A DNA stretch of 64,000 nt from Gammaproteobacteria bacterium (GTDB lineage Bacteria; Pseudomonadota; Gammaproteobacteria; Steroidobacterales; Foliamicaceae). Each line of letters begins with the position of its first letter. The stretch's first letter is position 1. The stretch covers positions 5,046-69,045 of the forward strand of contig WTGP01000046.1 of NCBI GenBank assembly GCA_011523505.1. The letters are read 5' to 3'. The notes under the pieces were generated by a model. The model was not told the origin of the DNA and searched no databases. It was given only the letters and a program-made list of their open reading frames with translations. The translations under genes and the position numbers were made by a program. Below, in pieces: positions 61,720 to 64,000 of this stretch.

Positions 61720-62677
61720 CGTCGGGCGTGGCTGCCTCAAGGTATGCGGCGACGATCTTCGCAAACCTTACCGGGGATTCCAGGGGAGGGTAGTGGCCCA
61801 CATCCGGCATGAACACGGTCGAAACCTGCGTATTCTCGAGATAGCCGGCCAGCGTACCGGCGGATGCGGGAATCAGCAGCGCGTCGCGGCCACCCCATAT
61901 CAGGAGCGCCGGCGCGCGCACGCCGGCCATCGCCTTCCTGGCCTTTTCGTGATCGGCTACCAGTCCGATCATTGCGATCGGGTTGGGTTCCTTCACCCGC
62001 CGGTTGAAGTCGTAATACTCGCGCCGCGTCTGCTCTGAAATCCGCCGCGGGTCTCCGGTGTAGAAATCCAGGAACAGGTTGATGAAGTTCTCCGACTCGA
62101 AGCCTGTCTCCTCGAACTCCTCCAGCGCCGCCTTGAATGCGGGCGGATGGTTGACGTGATCGGTCGTGACCGGGTCCGACGGGGAGTTCGACATGATCAG
62201 CCGGTTCACCCGGTCGGGGTAGGTGGCCGCGAGGTACATGCAGGTCGTGCCTCCGCTGGAGACTCCGACGCAGGTCACCTGGTCTACACCCACGTGGTCC
62301 AGCAGCCCCGCGGCCAGGTCCGCCGGTTCCATGCGGGCCACGGCTTCGTCGGACACCGGGCCGGACAGGCCGTTTGGCGGCAGGTCGTAGCGGATCACAC
62401 GATAGCGATCGAGGAATTCCGGCGCTACGCGGTCCCAGGTGCGCAGCGAACTGCGCGAACCGTGGATCATCAGGATGGCCGGGCCTACACCCTGATCCTT
62501 GTAATAGATCTCGACACCGCCGATTTCCGCGATCCGCCCGTCGGAATCGCCATACTTCTGCCGCAGCTCATCCAGCGTGAGCCGCTGATCGGCGAATTCG
62601 TCCGCAAGGCCGGGAATGGGAACCGAAGGCACAAGCAGCACAAACAGCACTACGGCGAGTAACAGGTTTCGTTTCAT
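61709..62677 (-). CDS. Secreted alpha/beta hydrolase (H4)
   Basis: Signal peptide MKRNLLLAVVLFVLLVPSVPIPGLA. IYYKDQGVGPAILMIHGS, elbow CVGVSSGG, GHYPPLESP. Confidence 0.9.
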   Translation of the reverse strand: MKRNLLLAVVLFVLLVPSVPIPGLADEFADQRLTLDELRQKYGDSDGRIAEIGGVEIYYKDQGVGPAILMIHGSRSSLRTWDRVAPEFLDRYRVIRYDLPPNGLSGPVSDEAVARMEPADLAAGLLDHVGVDQVTCVGVSSGGTTCMYLAATYPDRVNRLIMSNSPSDPVTTDHVNHPPAFKAALEEFEETGFESENFINLFLDFYTGDPRRISEQTRREYYDFNRRVKEPNPIAMIGLVADHEKARKAMAGVRAPALLIWGGRDALLIPASAGTLAGYLENTQVSTVFMPDVGHYPPLESPVRFAKIVAAYLEAATPDDAL

Positions 62678-63633
62678 TGCGGTACAGCAGCCTCCATGAA
62701 TGCAGCGACGATCCGGGCAAATCTTAAGGGAGATTCCAGGGGAGGGTAGTGGCCCACGTCCGGCATGAACACGGTTGAAACCAGAGTATTCTCAAGATAA
62801 CCGGCCAGCGTGCCCGCCGCTGCCGGCGGCAACAGCTCATCGCGGACTCCCCAGATCAGGAGCACCGGTGTGCGCACGCTCGCCATTGCCCTCCTGGTTT
62901 TCTCGTGGTCGCGAACGCGTCCGGTCAGCGCCAGCCTGTTCGCCTCCTTCACCCGCCGGTTGAAATCGTGGTATTCGCGCCGTGTCTGCTTCGATATCCG
63001 CCGGGGGTCTCCACTGAAGAAATCCAGGTACAGGTCCATGAAATCCTCCGTTTCGAATCCGGTTTCCTCCAATACCCTGATAGCCTCCTCGAATGGCGGC
63101 GGTTCGTTAAGGTGATCGGTCGTGACCGGGTCGGACGGGGAGTTCGACATGATCAATCGGTTCACCCGGCCCGGGTAGGCAGCCGCAAGGTACATACAGG
63201 CAGTGCCCCCGCTGGACACTCCCACGCAGGTAACCTGGTCAACACCGAGATAATCCAGCAAACCGGCTGCAAAGTTTGCCGGTTCAAGGCGATTTGCGGC
63301 TTCGTCGGAGACCGGGCCGGACAGGCCATTGGGCGGCACATCGTATCGAACCACCCTGTATCGGTCGAGGAGTTCCGGGGCCACGCGGTCCCAGGTGCGC
63401 AGCGTGCTGCGCGAGCCGTGGATCATAAGGATGGCCGGCCCCTTGCCCTGGTCCTTGTAGTACACCTCGACACCGCCGATTTCCGCAAACTGCCCATCCG
63501 GGTCGGCATACTCTTGCCGCAGCGTTTCGAGGGTGAGTCGATCCGCCAGTACATGGTCCGCCAGGGCGGGAGTTGGACATGACGGAACCAGCAATGCAAA
63601 CAGCACTGTGCCCAGGCAGAGGTTGCGGTTCAT
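62674..63633 (-). CDS. Secreted alpha/beta hydrolase (H5), tandem duplicate of H4
   Basis: I prefer the ATG at 63633 (MNRNLCLGTVLFALLVPSCPTPALA). It is colinear with H4 and identical over long runs (GPAILMIHGSRS.LRTWDRVAPE, GVDQVTCVGVSSGGT, RVNRLIMSNSPSDPVTTDH, VSTVFMPDVGHYPPLESP). ATGA overlap with H4. Confidence 0.9.
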   Translation of the reverse strand: MNRNLCLGTVLFALLVPSCPTPALADHVLADRLTLETLRQEYADPDGQFAEIGGVEVYYKDQGKGPAILMIHGSRSTLRTWDRVAPELLDRYRVVRYDVPPNGLSGPVSDEAANRLEPANFAAGLLDYLGVDQVTCVGVSSGGTACMYLAAAYPGRVNRLIMSNSPSDPVTTDHLNEPPPFEEAIRVLEETGFETEDFMDLYLDFFSGDPRRISKQTRREYHDFNRRVKEANRLALTGRVRDHEKTRRAMASVRTPVLLIWGVRDELLPPAAAGTLAGYLENTLVSTVFMPDVGHYPPLESPLRFARIVAAFMEAAVPQ

Positions 63634-63720
63634 TGCGAAGACTGTCTGAATCGACAGATGGATTCTATGCCACAATGGAAATTCAGCGATGGCTCGATCT
63701 TGCCTGGCTCCAACGACACG

Positions 63721-64000
63721 ATGAACGACTTCGCCAATGTGCGGGTTTCGCACTCGGTGCTGCACCCGGACTGGATTGCGGCGGAAGCAGCGCGGCACTA
63801 CCCATTGAACGGCGCCGTGACGGCCTACCTCCTTTACAGAGGCATGAACGACGTTTATTTGATCAAGGACCGCGAAACCCGGTACGCGATGCGGGTCTGG
63901 CGGCGCGGCTGGCGCGATGTCGACGTCGTGAAAGTCGAACTCGACTTCCTGGATTACCTGCGCCGACGAGACTTCCCGGCGTCGACGCCATTGCGCACGC
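63721..64000 (+). CDS. Phosphotransferase-family (APH / homoserine-kinase type II-like) protein, N-terminal part; runs off the window
   Basis: Own translation from the ATG at 63721: MNDFANVRVSHSVLHPDWIAAEAARHYPLNGAVTAYLLYRGMNDVYLIKDRETRYAMRVWRRGWRDVDVVKVELDFLDYLRRRDFPASTPLRT... The G.ND.Y.....R.Y..RV......E..FL..L pattern is typical of this kinase family's N-lobe. It is absent from the ORF track because it has no stop. Confidence 0.6.
   Translation, partial: MNDFANVRVSHSVLHPDWIAAEAARHYPLNGAVTAYLLYRGMNDVYLIKDRETRYAMRVWRRGWRDVDVVKVELDFLDYLRRRDFPASTPLRT

Noticed and set aside
59551-63633. Calling the propeller-cytochrome c plus secreted hydrolases a polyvinyl-alcohol (pva) degradation operon.
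   Set aside because: Only the architectural logic is similar. In my recollection PVA dehydrogenase has its haem domain at the N-terminus rather than the C-terminus, and I have no sequence-level evidence of orthology. I kept it only as an analogy in the findings.
1-64000. CRISPR arrays, rRNA genes, transposases/IS elements, prophage or toxin-antitoxin/defence modules.
   Set aside because: Intergenic regions are all 281 bp or shorter, and none shows short direct repeats with spacers. No ORF has transposase, integrase, phage or known defence-protein motifs that I can recognise.

Overview
GC-rich, almost gap-free coding stretch of a Gram-negative chromosome. My guess is a marine or aquatic gammaproteobacterium of the TonB-receptor-rich, SusD-less PUL type, but taxonomy cannot be verified here. 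I call about 50 genes, one tRNA and several palindromic non-coding elements.

Left to right:
- A partner-switching pair (response-regulator-PP2C plus RsbW-like kinase) beside an amino-acid-type binding protein.
- nadA divergent from an NrtR-like regulator.
- tRNA-Val(GAC) followed by a perfect 28-bp-arm hairpin.
- The lhr helicase.
- An uncharacterised cluster: FAD-oxidase, secreted chelatase-like protein and two DUF1838 genes.
- An alginate utilisation locus: kduD plus TRAP dctPQM, divergent from TBDR-GntR-PL6-PL17-SDR.
- An acyl-CoA dehydrogenase plus Cys/Met-PLP enzyme pair.
- A second, LacI-associated uronate-type locus: TBDR, FAH-hydratase, LacI and kduI, divergent from a secreted beta-helix protein.
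- An ABC ATPase with twin large ABC-2 permeases.

The most interesting part is a ~20-kb island (43.2-63.6 kb). It holds two TBDRs, six alpha/beta-hydrolase genes plus one relic, two Amidohydro_2 paralogues, an M24 hydrolase, a PhyH dioxygenase, a Tat-cupin, a GPH symporter (a second lies just outside at 41.8 kb), a beta-propeller-cytochrome c fusion and an IclR regulator. Three copies of an ATTCCA-N4-TGGAAT palindrome tie it together.

I saw no CRISPR array, transposase, integrase or rRNA. All family calls come from motif recognition by eye; no database search or computation was run. Many ORF-track entries are antisense or off-frame high-GC artefacts, or carry spurious N-terminal extensions, which I trimmed.
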